64,000 bases of DNA from an uncultured Syntrophaceae bacterium (GTDB lineage: Bacteria > Desulfobacterota > Syntrophia > Syntrophales > UBA2192), in the NCBI GenBank assembly GCA_964628025.1, contig CAZVLL010000006.1, positions 946 to 64,945 on the forward strand, given 5' to 3'. Both the position numbers and the translations under genes were made by a program. The notes beneath the pieces were generated by a model. The model did not search any database. It had not been told where the DNA came from and was given only the letters and a program-made list of their open reading frames with translations. Position 1 is the first letter of the stretch. Each line of letters begins with the position of its first letter. Positions 8,878-18,729 of the stretch are shown here, one piece after another.

Positions 8878-10223
8878 CACGGATTTCGTCCTCTGCTGTC
8901 GGCGCCTTGCGCCTCGATTGCGGCTTGCACGCCGACTGCTCCCCCCAGCCCCTGCGGATCCGCGATCCGGGCAAGCGCCCGGTCCTCGGCAAAGGTGTAA
9001 TGCCCATCGATCGCACGATCCAAAAACTCCAGCTGCTTGCGCAACTCGGGATGACGATGCGGCGGCAGGGTTTGCATTAGATTTTCCAGCATGGAGCGCA
9101 TCCGCCGCGTGATCTGGACGCTGCCAACGCCGCAATGACGTATTTCGGTGCACGTAAGGTGTGCGAAGTCCTCCCAGTTCGGCGTCCGGAAAACGAGCCG
9201 CAGCTCGCCGGCTTCGTCGCAGATTTCCTCGCGACTGACATGCCGCAGACCGACGTGCCGAAGCAGACGGTGAAGCTGGTCGATGGCGAGCACGGCCGTC
9301 GTCGGATCGTTGATGGCCGGTGACAACGCCTTGATCGCGATGTCGACCAGGATACGGAATGCAAAGGTCGGGTCCTGCTCGAGAGTACGCTCGGACCCGA
9401 GAGCGACTGCCGCCAGCAGCTGACGGTCGTTGATAGCGCTGGCGCCGCCATACAACCGGAACAAAGGCTCATCCGCCGCCAGGAAGTCGCCCACCTGGGG
9501 GATGAATTCAATCATCCCGTTGGCATGCCGCGCCTGCTTGACCAGTCCCTTCAGATCCAGGGCGAGCACGATCCCAGAGGTGCCCGCGTTGGTGACGGTC
9601 CGATCCGGGGATGCGGGTCTGCCGGACGACTCGTCGGGGCGCGGGGGTGCGGTGAATTCCGGATAGACACTCCGGATGACCGCGATCCCGGACTTCCCCA
9701 CACGCTGTACGATGCTGACAGGACGCAGCAATCGCGCCGCGTAGTCGATCAGGTAGAGGAACACGACAAGCGAGACCAGCCCGAGTGTTCCTGCGATAAA
9801 GGTGTTGAACTGGTGGACGGTCTCACCGCCCATCCTGGTCAACACCCTCAGGTTAAACAGCAGGGTAAAGACAAAATAGCCGACGGTGAACCGGATCGCG
9901 TTGTCCCGCAGCAGTGTTGTCGCGATGATCCGTGGCGTGTACTGCCCGCCTGCGACTTGAATCGCAACGAGCAGCGATCCGAATGTGAATACGAGGAAGG
10001 AAAGGTTTATCGTGACGATCGTCTCGAGCATCGTCCGCGCTCCCGCCATGGACAGACCCATGAATGCGGTCATTTCATCGATCCGTCCGGTCTGCATGAG
10101 CCAGCCGCCGATGCCGTGCGTGATACGGGTGACCACCATATAAGCCAACACGGCGAAAAACGGCACGAGCCACAGCGAGGATCTGATGTAGCTCTTGATG
10201 ATGTACTGCCAATTCCAGCGCAT
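8877..10223 (-). CDS. DUF2254-like integral membrane protein
   Basis: MRWNWQYIIKSYIRSSLWLVPFF... followed by four to five TM segments and a soluble C-terminal domain, which fits my memory of DUF2254. RBS GAAGGAGAAGGA lies upstream of ATG 10223. Confidence 0.6.
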   Translation of the reverse strand: MRWNWQYIIKSYIRSSLWLVPFFAVLAYMVVTRITHGIGGWLMQTGRIDEMTAFMGLSMAGARTMLETIVTINLSFLVFTFGSLLVAIQVAGGQYTPRIIATTLLRDNAIRFTVGYFVFTLLFNLRVLTRMGGETVHQFNTFIAGTLGLVSLVVFLYLIDYAARLLRPVSIVQRVGKSGIAVIRSVYPEFTAPPRPDESSGRPASPDRTVTNAGTSGIVLALDLKGLVKQARHANGMIEFIPQVGDFLAADEPLFRLYGGASAINDRQLLAAVALGSERTLEQDPTFAFRILVDIAIKALSPAINDPTTAVLAIDQLHRLLRHVGLRHVSREEICDEAGELRLVFRTPNWEDFAHLTCTEIRHCGVGSVQITRRMRSMLENLMQTLPPHRHPELRKQLEFLDRAIDGHYTFAEDRALARIADPQGLGGAVGVQAAIEAQGADSRGRNP

Positions 10224-10556
10224 ATTTCCTTCTCCTTCAGGTTGAGGGCGCAGTTCGCAGAGCTGATTTCTCCGGGCTTGGTAGACGATGCATCCCGGAT
10301 AGGACAAAATTGATGTAAAATACTATCAGGGATTGGATGGCTTAACAAGGCGCAATCCCCTATGCGAACAACCCTGCACGCTGGAGGTGCAGAGACGTTA
10401 ATTCAGGAAGACCCAGGACATGAAAAGTTAAACGACAGTGTTGATGACTTGCAGTCAACCATTGTGTTTTGATGAGAAACGAAGTAGATTTAAAGAAACG
10501 TTGAGAGGATATCGGGACCAATTTCCAGCAAATTCCTTCCATGGGATGCTTCAACG

Positions 10557-11543
10557 ATGACCGGCACCGTGAAGACCTATCGTTCGAGACGCTCTTCGAT
10601 GCGATTGATGATCTTTGTCTTCGCGATTCTGATATTGTTGGGCGCAGCGCCGGTTGACGTGCAGGCACAGCCATCGACGGTCATTGGGACAAACGTTCAG
10701 AAACTAGCCAATGGCGTGCTGACCCTGATGGGATACAGCCTTACGCCGGATGTGACGACAGGCTCACTGTCCTTTAACAGTCCGTCAACGGGGACTCCGG
10801 GTCTAGCGATGTCATCGTTAGGTGGCGGCTTTACCCTCAGCAAGGACTTTCCGCTTTACCTCGAGGGAACCGCGGCGTATAGCCGTTACGATCCCACGTT
10901 CGTGGTCTCCGACGGCACAAATTCGCGGTCGATCCCGGCCAAATGGAACAGTCTTTCCGCCACGGGGGGCATCGGCTGGGATTTTCCCATCGCCCGGGAC
11001 CTCGTTTTTCGCCCCATTTTTAACTTCTCGCTAGGGACCGTCCAGAGCGATCTGAAGGTTGCGGGGAGCTACATCGGGAATCAAACCGGGCAGGACCTCT
11101 CGTTCCTGGACAGGGGCCGCCTTGATGCGGTAGGGCTTGGCGGTTCGTTGATGCTGGACTACGAACGCTATCGGCCTGAGAACGAGATCGACGTCGAACT
11201 GCGCTATACGAACATCTACCTTCAGAGCATCAATGGTTCGTCGGAGGCCGTATCGGGGCACGCAGACGCGCAGAACCTGAGTCTTTGGGCCCGTTGGCGC
11301 GCACCGACCGGCATGACCGCGCTCGAGAGGCCGCTACGATATGTGCTCGAGTTCTCGCACACGCAATTCCTTGGCGATCTTCGCGGCGCGCTGGGATTCG
11401 ACTGGCTCACGTCGTTGGGTGCCGGCTTTGAACTCGACTCAAGCAAATACCCCATCATCATCACCCGCACGCGCCTCCTGGCTCGATACAAGTTCGGTGA
11501 CGGCGTGCAAGGGTGGTCCATCGGGCTCGCGGTAAGCTTCTAA
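10557..11543 (+). CDS. outer-membrane beta-barrel protein (solitary autotransporter-barrel-like)
   Basis: Signal peptide ...APVDVQAQ, Gly/Ser/Thr-rich alternating strands, and C-terminal ...GLAVSF. The true start may be ATG 10599 (MRLMIFVF...). Confidence 0.55.
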   Translation: MTGTVKTYRSRRSSMRLMIFVFAILILLGAAPVDVQAQPSTVIGTNVQKLANGVLTLMGYSLTPDVTTGSLSFNSPSTGTPGLAMSSLGGGFTLSKDFPLYLEGTAAYSRYDPTFVVSDGTNSRSIPAKWNSLSATGGIGWDFPIARDLVFRPIFNFSLGTVQSDLKVAGSYIGNQTGQDLSFLDRGRLDAVGLGGSLMLDYERYRPENEIDVELRYTNIYLQSINGSSEAVSGHADAQNLSLWARWRAPTGMTALERPLRYVLEFSHTQFLGDLRGALGFDWLTSLGAGFELDSSKYPIIITRTRLLARYKFGDGVQGWSIGLAVSF

Positions 11544-11699
11544 CGTTCAGAGATCGTTTTGCGGCCCGCTATACTCTATGGGGGTGTTGCATTGTGGCCA
11601 ATGGAGTTACCCAAGGAGCGAACAGGGCAGGGGACGGAGGATTGCAGGAACGATGAGAGGGATGAACCCTTTCACCTGATTTCAGAGGAGGGAGTGGCC

Positions 11700-12782
11700 A
11701 TGACAGCAGCGATGAGGCGCAGGATGGGGTTTCTCGTGGGGGCGATACTCCTGCTTTCGGCATGTGCGTCCATCGGACCGGGAACGGTGAGCCGGGACCG
11801 GTTCGATTACACGGCGGCCATTTCCGATTCGTGGAAGCATCAGATGCTGTTCAACATGATCAAGATACGCTACGGGGATGCCCCGGTATTCATGGACGTC
11901 TCTTCGGTGATCAGCCAGTACCAGGTATCGGGACAGGTCACCCTGGCCGGTTCCATCAACAGCACTCCCTGGAGCAACTCCGAGACCCTGGGGGCGACGG
12001 GGCAATACGTGGACCGCCCGACCATCACGTTCACCCCTATTCTGGGAGACAAGTTTGCGCGCAGCCTGATGGCCCCCATTCCTCCCCCGGCTATTCTCAG
12101 CCTTCTGCAAGCCGGCTATCCTGCGGACCTGGTCTTCCGGATGCTGGTCCAGGAGATTAACGGCATTCGGAATCGCTTCGGGGGGGAAGCCAGGGCTCGA
12201 TCCGCTGACCCTGAGTTTTATCTGCTGCTCGAGAAATTGCGGAAGATTCAATCTGACGGGACTGTGGGGATGCGAGTGAAACGAAAAGATAAAGACAAGG
12301 ATGAAGCCGCCTTGCTGGTTTTCCGGGGTAAGCGGAATCCGGCGACGGAGGCATTGTCTCTAGACGTCCGGAAGATGCTGGGCCTGGACCCTCAGAGCAG
12401 TGAGTTCAATGTAGTGTATGGGACCGTTCCCAGGGATGACAGGGAGATCGCGCTCCAGACGCGGTCGCTCCTGGAGGTCATCATCGATATGTCCTCGGAC
12501 ATCGAGGTTCCTGCCGTCCATGTGGAGGAGCGGCGGGTAAGCCCGACTCATGTGGAACAGGCGGATGCTCGTGGCACGATTCCGCCTTTGATCCGGATCC
12601 AGAGCTCGCCGGAAAAGCCAGGCGATGCCTTTGTTTCGGTTCCCTATCGGAATTCCTATTTCTGGATCGACGACCGGGACCTGAGGTCCAAGAAAATCTT
12701 TTCCTTTCTCATGTTTGTCTTTACACTGGTGGAGACCGGCGATAAAGGGACCGCGCCTATTGTGACAATCCCGACCGGGTAG
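11700..12782 (+). CDS. predicted lipoprotein, unknown function
   Basis: RBS GAGGAGGGAG upstream of ATG 11700. MTAAMRRRMGFLVGAILLLSAC carries the lipobox L-L-S-A-C. The 47-aa track extension has no support. Confidence 0.6.
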   Translation: MTAAMRRRMGFLVGAILLLSACASIGPGTVSRDRFDYTAAISDSWKHQMLFNMIKIRYGDAPVFMDVSSVISQYQVSGQVTLAGSINSTPWSNSETLGATGQYVDRPTITFTPILGDKFARSLMAPIPPPAILSLLQAGYPADLVFRMLVQEINGIRNRFGGEARARSADPEFYLLLEKLRKIQSDGTVGMRVKRKDKDKDEAALLVFRGKRNPATEALSLDVRKMLGLDPQSSEFNVVYGTVPRDDREIALQTRSLLEVIIDMSSDIEVPAVHVEERRVSPTHVEQADARGTIPPLIRIQSSPEKPGDAFVSVPYRNSYFWIDDRDLRSKKIFSFLMFVFTLVETGDKGTAPIVTIPTG

Positions 12783-12971
12783 CGCTCAAACCTGCGTGTT
12801 TTCAACAAGGTCACTAAAGGTTCACCGGGCATCCACCATGAAGATGATGAGTGCCCGGTCGGAGAGCGATCTGTCCGGGGTGGAGGAGCAGGCGATGCGG
12901 CAACGGGTCCCTGTTAGCAGAAGCAAGATAATCAACAAGCAACCGTAGTTCTAATCTCATGGAATGAAAGG

Positions 12972-13571
12972 ATGGATGAAATGAAGAAAGTGTTTGTTCT
13001 CGCAGCGGCTGTAGTGTTGATGCTGTCCCTGTCGACGGGGGTTTTTGCACAGGCAACCAAGGGAGCGACCCCGGCGGAGCCGGCCAAGGTCGTGAAGGAA
13101 AGACAGGCCGTCATGACGGCCACCGTACAGGCCATTGATCTCAAGACGCGGGTAGTCACCCTCAAGGGACCGAAGGGGGAAGTGCGGGACATCAAGGTCG
13201 GCGAAGAAGCCGTGAACCTGCCCCAGGTGAAGGTTGGGGATCTCGTGACGGTGAAATACTACGAGTCGCTCGCTGTAGAAGTAATCAAGCCCGGACAGTT
13301 CGCCGGGGCGGGAGAAAAATCGGCCATCGTGAGAGCAAAGCCCGGCGAGATGCCCGGAGGAATGGCAGCCCAGCAATCCACGGTGACGGCCACCATCACG
13401 GCCATCGACAAGAAGAACAGTTCCTTGAGCCTGAAGGGACCGGAAGGCAAAACGGTAAAGGTTAAGGTGGAGGATCCCAAAAACTTGGACAAGGTGAAAG
13501 TGGGCGATGAGTTGTTGATCACCTACACCGAGGCGCTGGCGATTTCCGTCGAGAAAGCGAAGAAAAAATAG
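12972..13571 (+). CDS. periplasmic protein made of two ~58-aa beta-rich repeats
   Basis: Signal peptide ...GVFAQA. The internal duplication is aa 47-104 and aa 137-193, with shared pattern TAT(V/I)xAIDxKxxxxxLKGPxGxxxxxKVxxxxNLxxVKVGDxxxxxYxExLAxxV. Confidence 0.65.
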   Translation: MDEMKKVFVLAAAVVLMLSLSTGVFAQATKGATPAEPAKVVKERQAVMTATVQAIDLKTRVVTLKGPKGEVRDIKVGEEAVNLPQVKVGDLVTVKYYESLAVEVIKPGQFAGAGEKSAIVRAKPGEMPGGMAAQQSTVTATITAIDKKNSSLSLKGPEGKTVKVKVEDPKNLDKVKVGDELLITYTEALAISVEKAKKK

Positions 13572-13607
13572 ATCCGGGAACCCGGAAGAAACCGACATTA
13601 GGAATGT

Positions 13608-13645
13608 CCGTGCCGGGTCTCGGCAATTGCCCGGACCCGGCACGG
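13608..13645 (+). terminator. long GC-rich hairpin after the repeat-protein gene (T-tract-less terminator or RNA stability/regulatory element)
   Basis: CCGTGCCGGGTC (13608-13619) pairs perfectly with GACCCGGCACGG (13634-13645). The loop contains the palindrome GGCAATTGCC. No U-run follows. Confidence 0.4.
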
Positions 13646-13692
13646 GATCACAGGAGCTGTCCAGAATATAAATGGAAGGAGGACCACAGGCG

Positions 13693-15678
13693 ATGAGCGA
13701 GCGTAAAATTGTCAGCCCGGTCGTGGACGATATCAAGTCCCGGATGAAGCGCGGGAAGATCGTTTCGGCGGACGAGGCCGTGCGCGTCATCCGAAGCGGC
13801 GACACGATTGCCCTGGACGGCGTTGTGGGAGGAGGCGCCCCCGATGAACTGATCATAGCCCTCGAGAAGCGATTCCTGGAAACAAGCGAGCCCCGGGGGC
13901 TGACGCTGCTGTACGCCTCCGGCATCGGTGATGGGAAAGACAGGGGCGTCAACCGGATCGCGCTGGAAGGCTTACTGAAGCGGGTGATTGCGGGACACTG
14001 GGGATTGACGCCGAAGATGCAGAAGCTGGCCGTGGGCGGAAAAATTGAGGCCTACAATCTGCCGCAAGGGATCATCTCGCACATGTTCCGTGACATTGCC
14101 TCCCATAAACCACGTACTATTTCGAGCGTCGGCATTGGGACCTTCATCGACCCGCGACTCGGCGGGGGGAAGATCAATTCGGTGACGAAGGAGGACCTCG
14201 TCGAAGTCGTTACCTTTGATGGCAAGGAGTACCTCGCCTACAGGACGATGCCGGTACAGGTGGCGTTTCTCCGTGGCACGACGGCTGACATGGACGGCAA
14301 CATCACGATGGAACGGGAGGCGATGACGCTAGAAGTTCTCCCGATCGCCATGGCGGCAAAGAACTCCGGCGGGATTGTCGTTGTCCAGGTCGAGCGCATT
14401 GCGGACCGTGGCGCGCTGAACCCGCGCCACGTAAAGATCCCCGGGATTCTCGTCGACTGCGTCGTCGTGGCCAGGCCGGAAAATCACTGGCAAACCTATG
14501 GCACGCCATATAACCCGGCTTTCAGCTGCGAGTTCAAGGTTCCGACGGCGAGCGTCGAGCCGCTCGGGATGGATGATCGGAAGATCATCGCCCGCCGTGC
14601 CGCGTTTGAGCTGCGGCCGAACATGGTCGTCAATCTCGGGATCGGCATGCCGGAAGGCTTGGCCACCGTGGCCAACGAGGAGGGGATTTTCGATTTCCTG
14701 ACCCTTACGGCGGAGGCCGGTTCGATCGGAGGGATCCCGGCGGGTGGATTGGATTTCGGGGCCGCCACGAACATGGACTGCCTGGTGGACATGCATCACC
14801 AGTTCGATTTTTACGACGGCGGGGGTCTCGACCTTGCATGCCTCGGGCTTGCCCAGATGGATCGACACGGCAACGTGAACGTGAGCCGCTTCGGCCCCAA
14901 GCTCGCGGGCTGCGGGGGCTTCATCAACATCAGCCAGAATGCGAAGAAGATGGTCTTTGTCGGGACCTTCACCGCGGGGGGGACGAAGGTGGCCGTCGAT
15001 GACGGGAAGCTCCGGATCGTGAAGGAAGGGGGCGTGAAGAAATTCGTGAGCGATGTCGAGCAGGTGACCTTCAGCGGGAACACGGCGCGGAGGAACAGTC
15101 TTGATGTGGTATTCATTACGGAGCGCTGCGTTTTCATTCTTACCGAGGAAGGCGTGGAACTGACGGAGATTGCGCCCGGCGTGGATCTGGCAAAGGACAT
15201 CTTGGCCTACATGGATTTCAAGCCCATCGTGAAGAACCCGAAGACGATGGACGAGAGGATCTTCAGGCTGCCACCCATGGACCTGAAGACGGATCTTCTC
15301 AGCAAGCCGATATCCGAAAGGTTGAAGTACGACCCCGCCACGAACGTCTTCTACGTCAATTTCGAGGGGCTCGAGATCCGGTCGATAGAGGATATCGAGG
15401 AGATCCGGACCCAGACAGCCGCCATCCTGGGTCCACTGGGCCGGAAGGTGGATGCGATTGTCAACTACGACAATTTTTCCATTCTACCGGAACTAGTCGA
15501 CGACTATGCCGATGCGGTGAAAGACGTGGTTTCGCGCTTTTATGAGAACGTTACCCGGTACACGACCAGTGCCTTCCTGCGGATGAAACTGGGAGATGGG
15601 CTGAAGGCGCGGGGGTTTGCTTCACACGTCTATGAATCCAGGGAGGAGGCACGAAAAGGGCTGAAAACCAATAACTGA
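13693..15678 (+). CDS. acyl-CoA:carboxylate CoA-transferase, propionate CoA-transferase (Pct/YdiF) family, with ~130-aa C-terminal extension
   Basis: Long collinear similarity to Pct as I remember it: GIGTFIDPRLGGGKIN, SGGIVVVQVERI, LTAEAGSIGGIPAGG (catalytic Glu context) and VSRFGPKLAGCGGFINISQN. RBS GGAAGGAGG lies 9 nt upstream of ATG 13693. Confidence 0.85.
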   Translation: MSERKIVSPVVDDIKSRMKRGKIVSADEAVRVIRSGDTIALDGVVGGGAPDELIIALEKRFLETSEPRGLTLLYASGIGDGKDRGVNRIALEGLLKRVIAGHWGLTPKMQKLAVGGKIEAYNLPQGIISHMFRDIASHKPRTISSVGIGTFIDPRLGGGKINSVTKEDLVEVVTFDGKEYLAYRTMPVQVAFLRGTTADMDGNITMEREAMTLEVLPIAMAAKNSGGIVVVQVERIADRGALNPRHVKIPGILVDCVVVARPENHWQTYGTPYNPAFSCEFKVPTASVEPLGMDDRKIIARRAAFELRPNMVVNLGIGMPEGLATVANEEGIFDFLTLTAEAGSIGGIPAGGLDFGAATNMDCLVDMHHQFDFYDGGGLDLACLGLAQMDRHGNVNVSRFGPKLAGCGGFINISQNAKKMVFVGTFTAGGTKVAVDDGKLRIVKEGGVKKFVSDVEQVTFSGNTARRNSLDVVFITERCVFILTEEGVELTEIAPGVDLAKDILAYMDFKPIVKNPKTMDERIFRLPPMDLKTDLLSKPISERLKYDPATNVFYVNFEGLEIRSIEDIEEIRTQTAAILGPLGRKVDAIVNYDNFSILPELVDDYADAVKDVVSRFYENVTRYTTSAFLRMKLGDGLKARGFASHVYESREEARKGLKTNN

Positions 15679-15707
15679 ATCTCGCCATAAGCATCAGGAG
15701 GAACACC

Positions 15708-17294
15708 ATGGACCTGCTCAAAGCGCTGCTTGAACAAAGCCCGATCATGGCCCTCTTTCTGGCAATTGCCGTGGGCTACGCCCTGGGGGAAATCAACATC
15801 AAGGGGCTTTCGTTTGGTGTCGGTGCCGTTCTGTTCGTGGGGCTTGCCATCGGCGCCTTCGCGCCGAAATCGGTCCCGCCGGCGCTCCTGGGTTCGCTCG
15901 GTCTCGTCATGTTTCTCTACGGGATCGGCATTCAGTACGGCAAGCAGTTCTTTGCCGGCCTGACAGGGCCGGCGGGACGCAAAGCCAACCTGCTCGCGAT
16001 AATCAGCATTTTGGCTGCGCTCGGGACTGCCTTACTGACGCTAAAGTTTTTCAATATCAGGCTGGATTATGTCGCAGGCCTTTTTTCAGGTGCCTTGACC
16101 TGTACCCCCGCTTTGCAGGCTGCTTTGGAGATCGCGGGGAACAATGACCCGGCCGTGGGATACAGTGTGGCCTACCCCTTCGGGATCATCGTCTCCATTA
16201 TCGGGATCTATGTGGCCGCGCTCGTTTTTAAGCCGAAGGTTGAAGCGCCTTCCAAAAAAAGCCTGGAACTCGTGGAACTGATCATCCGGAATCCCGCGGT
16301 GATCGGCAAGCGCCTCGAGGATGTCGAGACCATGCTGCCCTCCGAGATTGAGGTGGCTGCGGTTCGTCGCAACCATGTGACCCGGATCGCCAGTCTGGAC
16401 GAGGTCCTGGAAGCCGGCGATTCGGTGCTCGTTGTCGGTAAAAACGCGGAAGCCGTCGAAAAGGCAAAAGTTCTGCTCGGGGAGATGGGACCGCAGAACA
16501 TTCTCCACGACCGCGAGAATTTCGAATACATCCGGGTTTATGCGTCGAAGCGGACTGTCGTGGGCTCCAGGCTGTCGGATCTGGTGATGCCTGCCGAGGC
16601 ACCCTGCCGGATCGTGAATATCCGCCGGGGAGACGCCCACATCGTTCCGGATCCGGATCTCATCCTGGAATTCGGGGACCATGTCGGGCTCCTGGCCGAA
16701 TTGAAACATGCCCCGGTGCTCCGCGCCCACTTCGGGGACTCCATCAAGGGGACAACGGAATTCAGCTACGTCTCAATCGGAATCGGGATGGTGCTGGGCG
16801 TTATTCTCGGTCTGATCCCGGTAACGGTTCCCGGTATCGGCAAGCTGAGCCTGGGGATTGCCGCGGGCCCCCTGATCGTTTCTCTCATCCTGGGAAAACT
16901 CGGGAGGACGGGAGGGATTGTATGGACGATGCCGGTTACGGCGAATCTCACATTGCGCAACTTCGGTCTCACCATCTTTCTCGCCCAGGTGGGCATCAGT
17001 TCCGGCAAGAGCCTCATGGCCAGCATCGGGGATATCGATCTCCTCTTTGTATGCGCGGCCGCGCTCATTATCCTTGTCCTGGTTTTCATCATCTTCGTGG
17101 TCGGGTACAAGATCATGAAGATTCCCTTCGATGACATCCTGGGGATTCTTGCCGGGGCGGTCGGGAATCCCGCCATCCTGGCCTATGGCGTGAAAACAGT
17201 CCCGACGGAGCGCCCCGATATCAATTACGCGATGATTTATCCCGTCGGGTTGATCCTGAAGGTCATCCTCATCAGCATGATGATGAAGCTTTGA
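15708..17294 (+). CDS. AspT/YidE/YbjL-family transporter with central RCK_C (TrkA-C) domains
   Basis: N-terminus MDLLKALLEQSPIMALFLAIAVGYALGEINIKG is typical of the family. Two membrane halves flank two soluble TrkA-C-like repeats (IGKRLEDVE..., VGSRLSDLV...). Confidence 0.8.
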   Translation: MDLLKALLEQSPIMALFLAIAVGYALGEINIKGLSFGVGAVLFVGLAIGAFAPKSVPPALLGSLGLVMFLYGIGIQYGKQFFAGLTGPAGRKANLLAIISILAALGTALLTLKFFNIRLDYVAGLFSGALTCTPALQAALEIAGNNDPAVGYSVAYPFGIIVSIIGIYVAALVFKPKVEAPSKKSLELVELIIRNPAVIGKRLEDVETMLPSEIEVAAVRRNHVTRIASLDEVLEAGDSVLVVGKNAEAVEKAKVLLGEMGPQNILHDRENFEYIRVYASKRTVVGSRLSDLVMPAEAPCRIVNIRRGDAHIVPDPDLILEFGDHVGLLAELKHAPVLRAHFGDSIKGTTEFSYVSIGIGMVLGVILGLIPVTVPGIGKLSLGIAAGPLIVSLILGKLGRTGGIVWTMPVTANLTLRNFGLTIFLAQVGISSGKSLMASIGDIDLLFVCAAALIILVLVFIIFVVGYKIMKIPFDDILGILAGAVGNPAILAYGVKTVPTERPDINYAMIYPVGLILKVILISMMMKL

Positions 17295-17497
17295 GCACAG
17301 GGAGTAATAGGTTCCTAATAAGGGGGCTGTTCATGATGCGATACACTGTCGTGCTGAGCCCGGGGATTATCATGGTCCTGTTCGAGTGGACCCAACCGGC
17401 AGTGGGGAAAGAGAAGGGCAAGACCGATAAGGTGAGAATTCTATAACAAAAGGGTGTTGGCCCCCTGGTCTGGTCAAGGCGAGAAAAGGAGGAACAC

Positions 17498-18631
17498 ATG
17501 GTGAGAGCCAAGTTTGATCAATCTATTCTCGCTTTGCAGGGCGGTGGGGCGCTCGGGGCCTATCAGGCGGGTGTGTACGAAGGCCTTGCTGAAGAGGGCA
17601 TTTTACCCACATGGGTTGTGGGCATCTCGATTGGCGGTATCAACGCGGCGATTATTGCCGGTAATCCCCCGGAGCGCAGGGTCGAACGCCTGCGCACATT
17701 CTGGGATCGTGTCTCCTCGTATGCTCCGCTTACTGCGCCTGCATGGCTCGACGCGATGCGACCAACCCTGAACAGCCTGAGCGCTGCGACGGTTGCAGCC
17801 TTCGGCATACCGGTATTCTTCGTGCCCCGTGTTCCGCCCCCGACTTTCGCCGCGGACAACAGTCCCGGGGCCCTGAGCATTTATGATACGAGTCCGCTCA
17901 ATCGTACCCTCGAAGAGTTGGTGGACTTCGACCTGATCAATTGCCGCAAGGTGCGGCTTTCGCTCGGTGCGGTCAACGTGCGGGAGGGCAAGTCGGTATA
18001 CTTTGACAACAGTCATACCCGCATCAGTGCGGACCATGTGCGCGCCAGCGGCTCGCTGCCGCCGGGCTTTCCCCCGGTGACGATCGACGGAGAACAATAC
18101 TGGGATGGCGGCATCGTTACCAATTCGCCACTCGCATATGTGACGGACGAGAAGCCTCGAACGCGTGTGCTTATCATTGAAGTCGACGTTTTCAATGCGA
18201 AGGGGGAGTTGCCGCGGAATCTCGACCAGGTGATGGAGCGAGCCAAGGATATCCAGTATGCGAGCAAGATGCGCCTGAACACGGATCATTTCAGGGCACT
18301 CGGCGAGATGCGGGCCGCGCTCGGACGCTTGCTTGGCAAGTTGCCGGCCGGTCTCAAGGATGATCCTGACGTGCAGAAACTCGCGCCGCTGTGCGATGAG
18401 AGAGAGTACACGATCGCACGCATGATCAATCGTCGCACTACGAGCTCCGGCAACACGAAGGATTATGAGTTCTCGCGCGCAACAGTGAATGAGGCGTGGG
18501 CTGCAGGCCTCGAAGACGTCCGTCGTTCTAAAGCCAAAATCGAATGGATGCAGCCGATGGATTTGGGTCCCGGCGTGTGCGTTTACGATCTTCCTCCCGC
18601 CACCGATATCCCGGGGGATCCTTGTCGATGA
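17498..18631 (+). CDS. patatin-like phospholipase
   Basis: Oxyanion GGGALGAY, nucleophile motif G-I-S-I-G, Asp motif YWDGGI, and a C-terminal KDYEFSRATV region (DUF3734-like). Confidence 0.85.
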   Translation: MVRAKFDQSILALQGGGALGAYQAGVYEGLAEEGILPTWVVGISIGGINAAIIAGNPPERRVERLRTFWDRVSSYAPLTAPAWLDAMRPTLNSLSAATVAAFGIPVFFVPRVPPPTFAADNSPGALSIYDTSPLNRTLEELVDFDLINCRKVRLSLGAVNVREGKSVYFDNSHTRISADHVRASGSLPPGFPPVTIDGEQYWDGGIVTNSPLAYVTDEKPRTRVLIIEVDVFNAKGELPRNLDQVMERAKDIQYASKMRLNTDHFRALGEMRAALGRLLGKLPAGLKDDPDVQKLAPLCDEREYTIARMINRRTTSSGNTKDYEFSRATVNEAWAAGLEDVRRSKAKIEWMQPMDLGPGVCVYDLPPATDIPGDPCR

Positions 18632-18729
18632 GAAGAAGGAACGGAACGTCTATGAGAGAAATGATAGGGCATTCCGGCAAGATGCCCAATAACATGGCGG
18701 CTCTTGTTCCGATGCATGGAAGAGGCATC

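Noticed and set aside
17333-17446. 37-codon ORF (MMRYTVVLSPGIIMVLFEW...) with an AAGGGGG RBS in the transporter-patatin gap
   Set aside because: The RBS is plausible, but there is only one short hydrophobic stretch and no other support. This is too weak to call as a feature.
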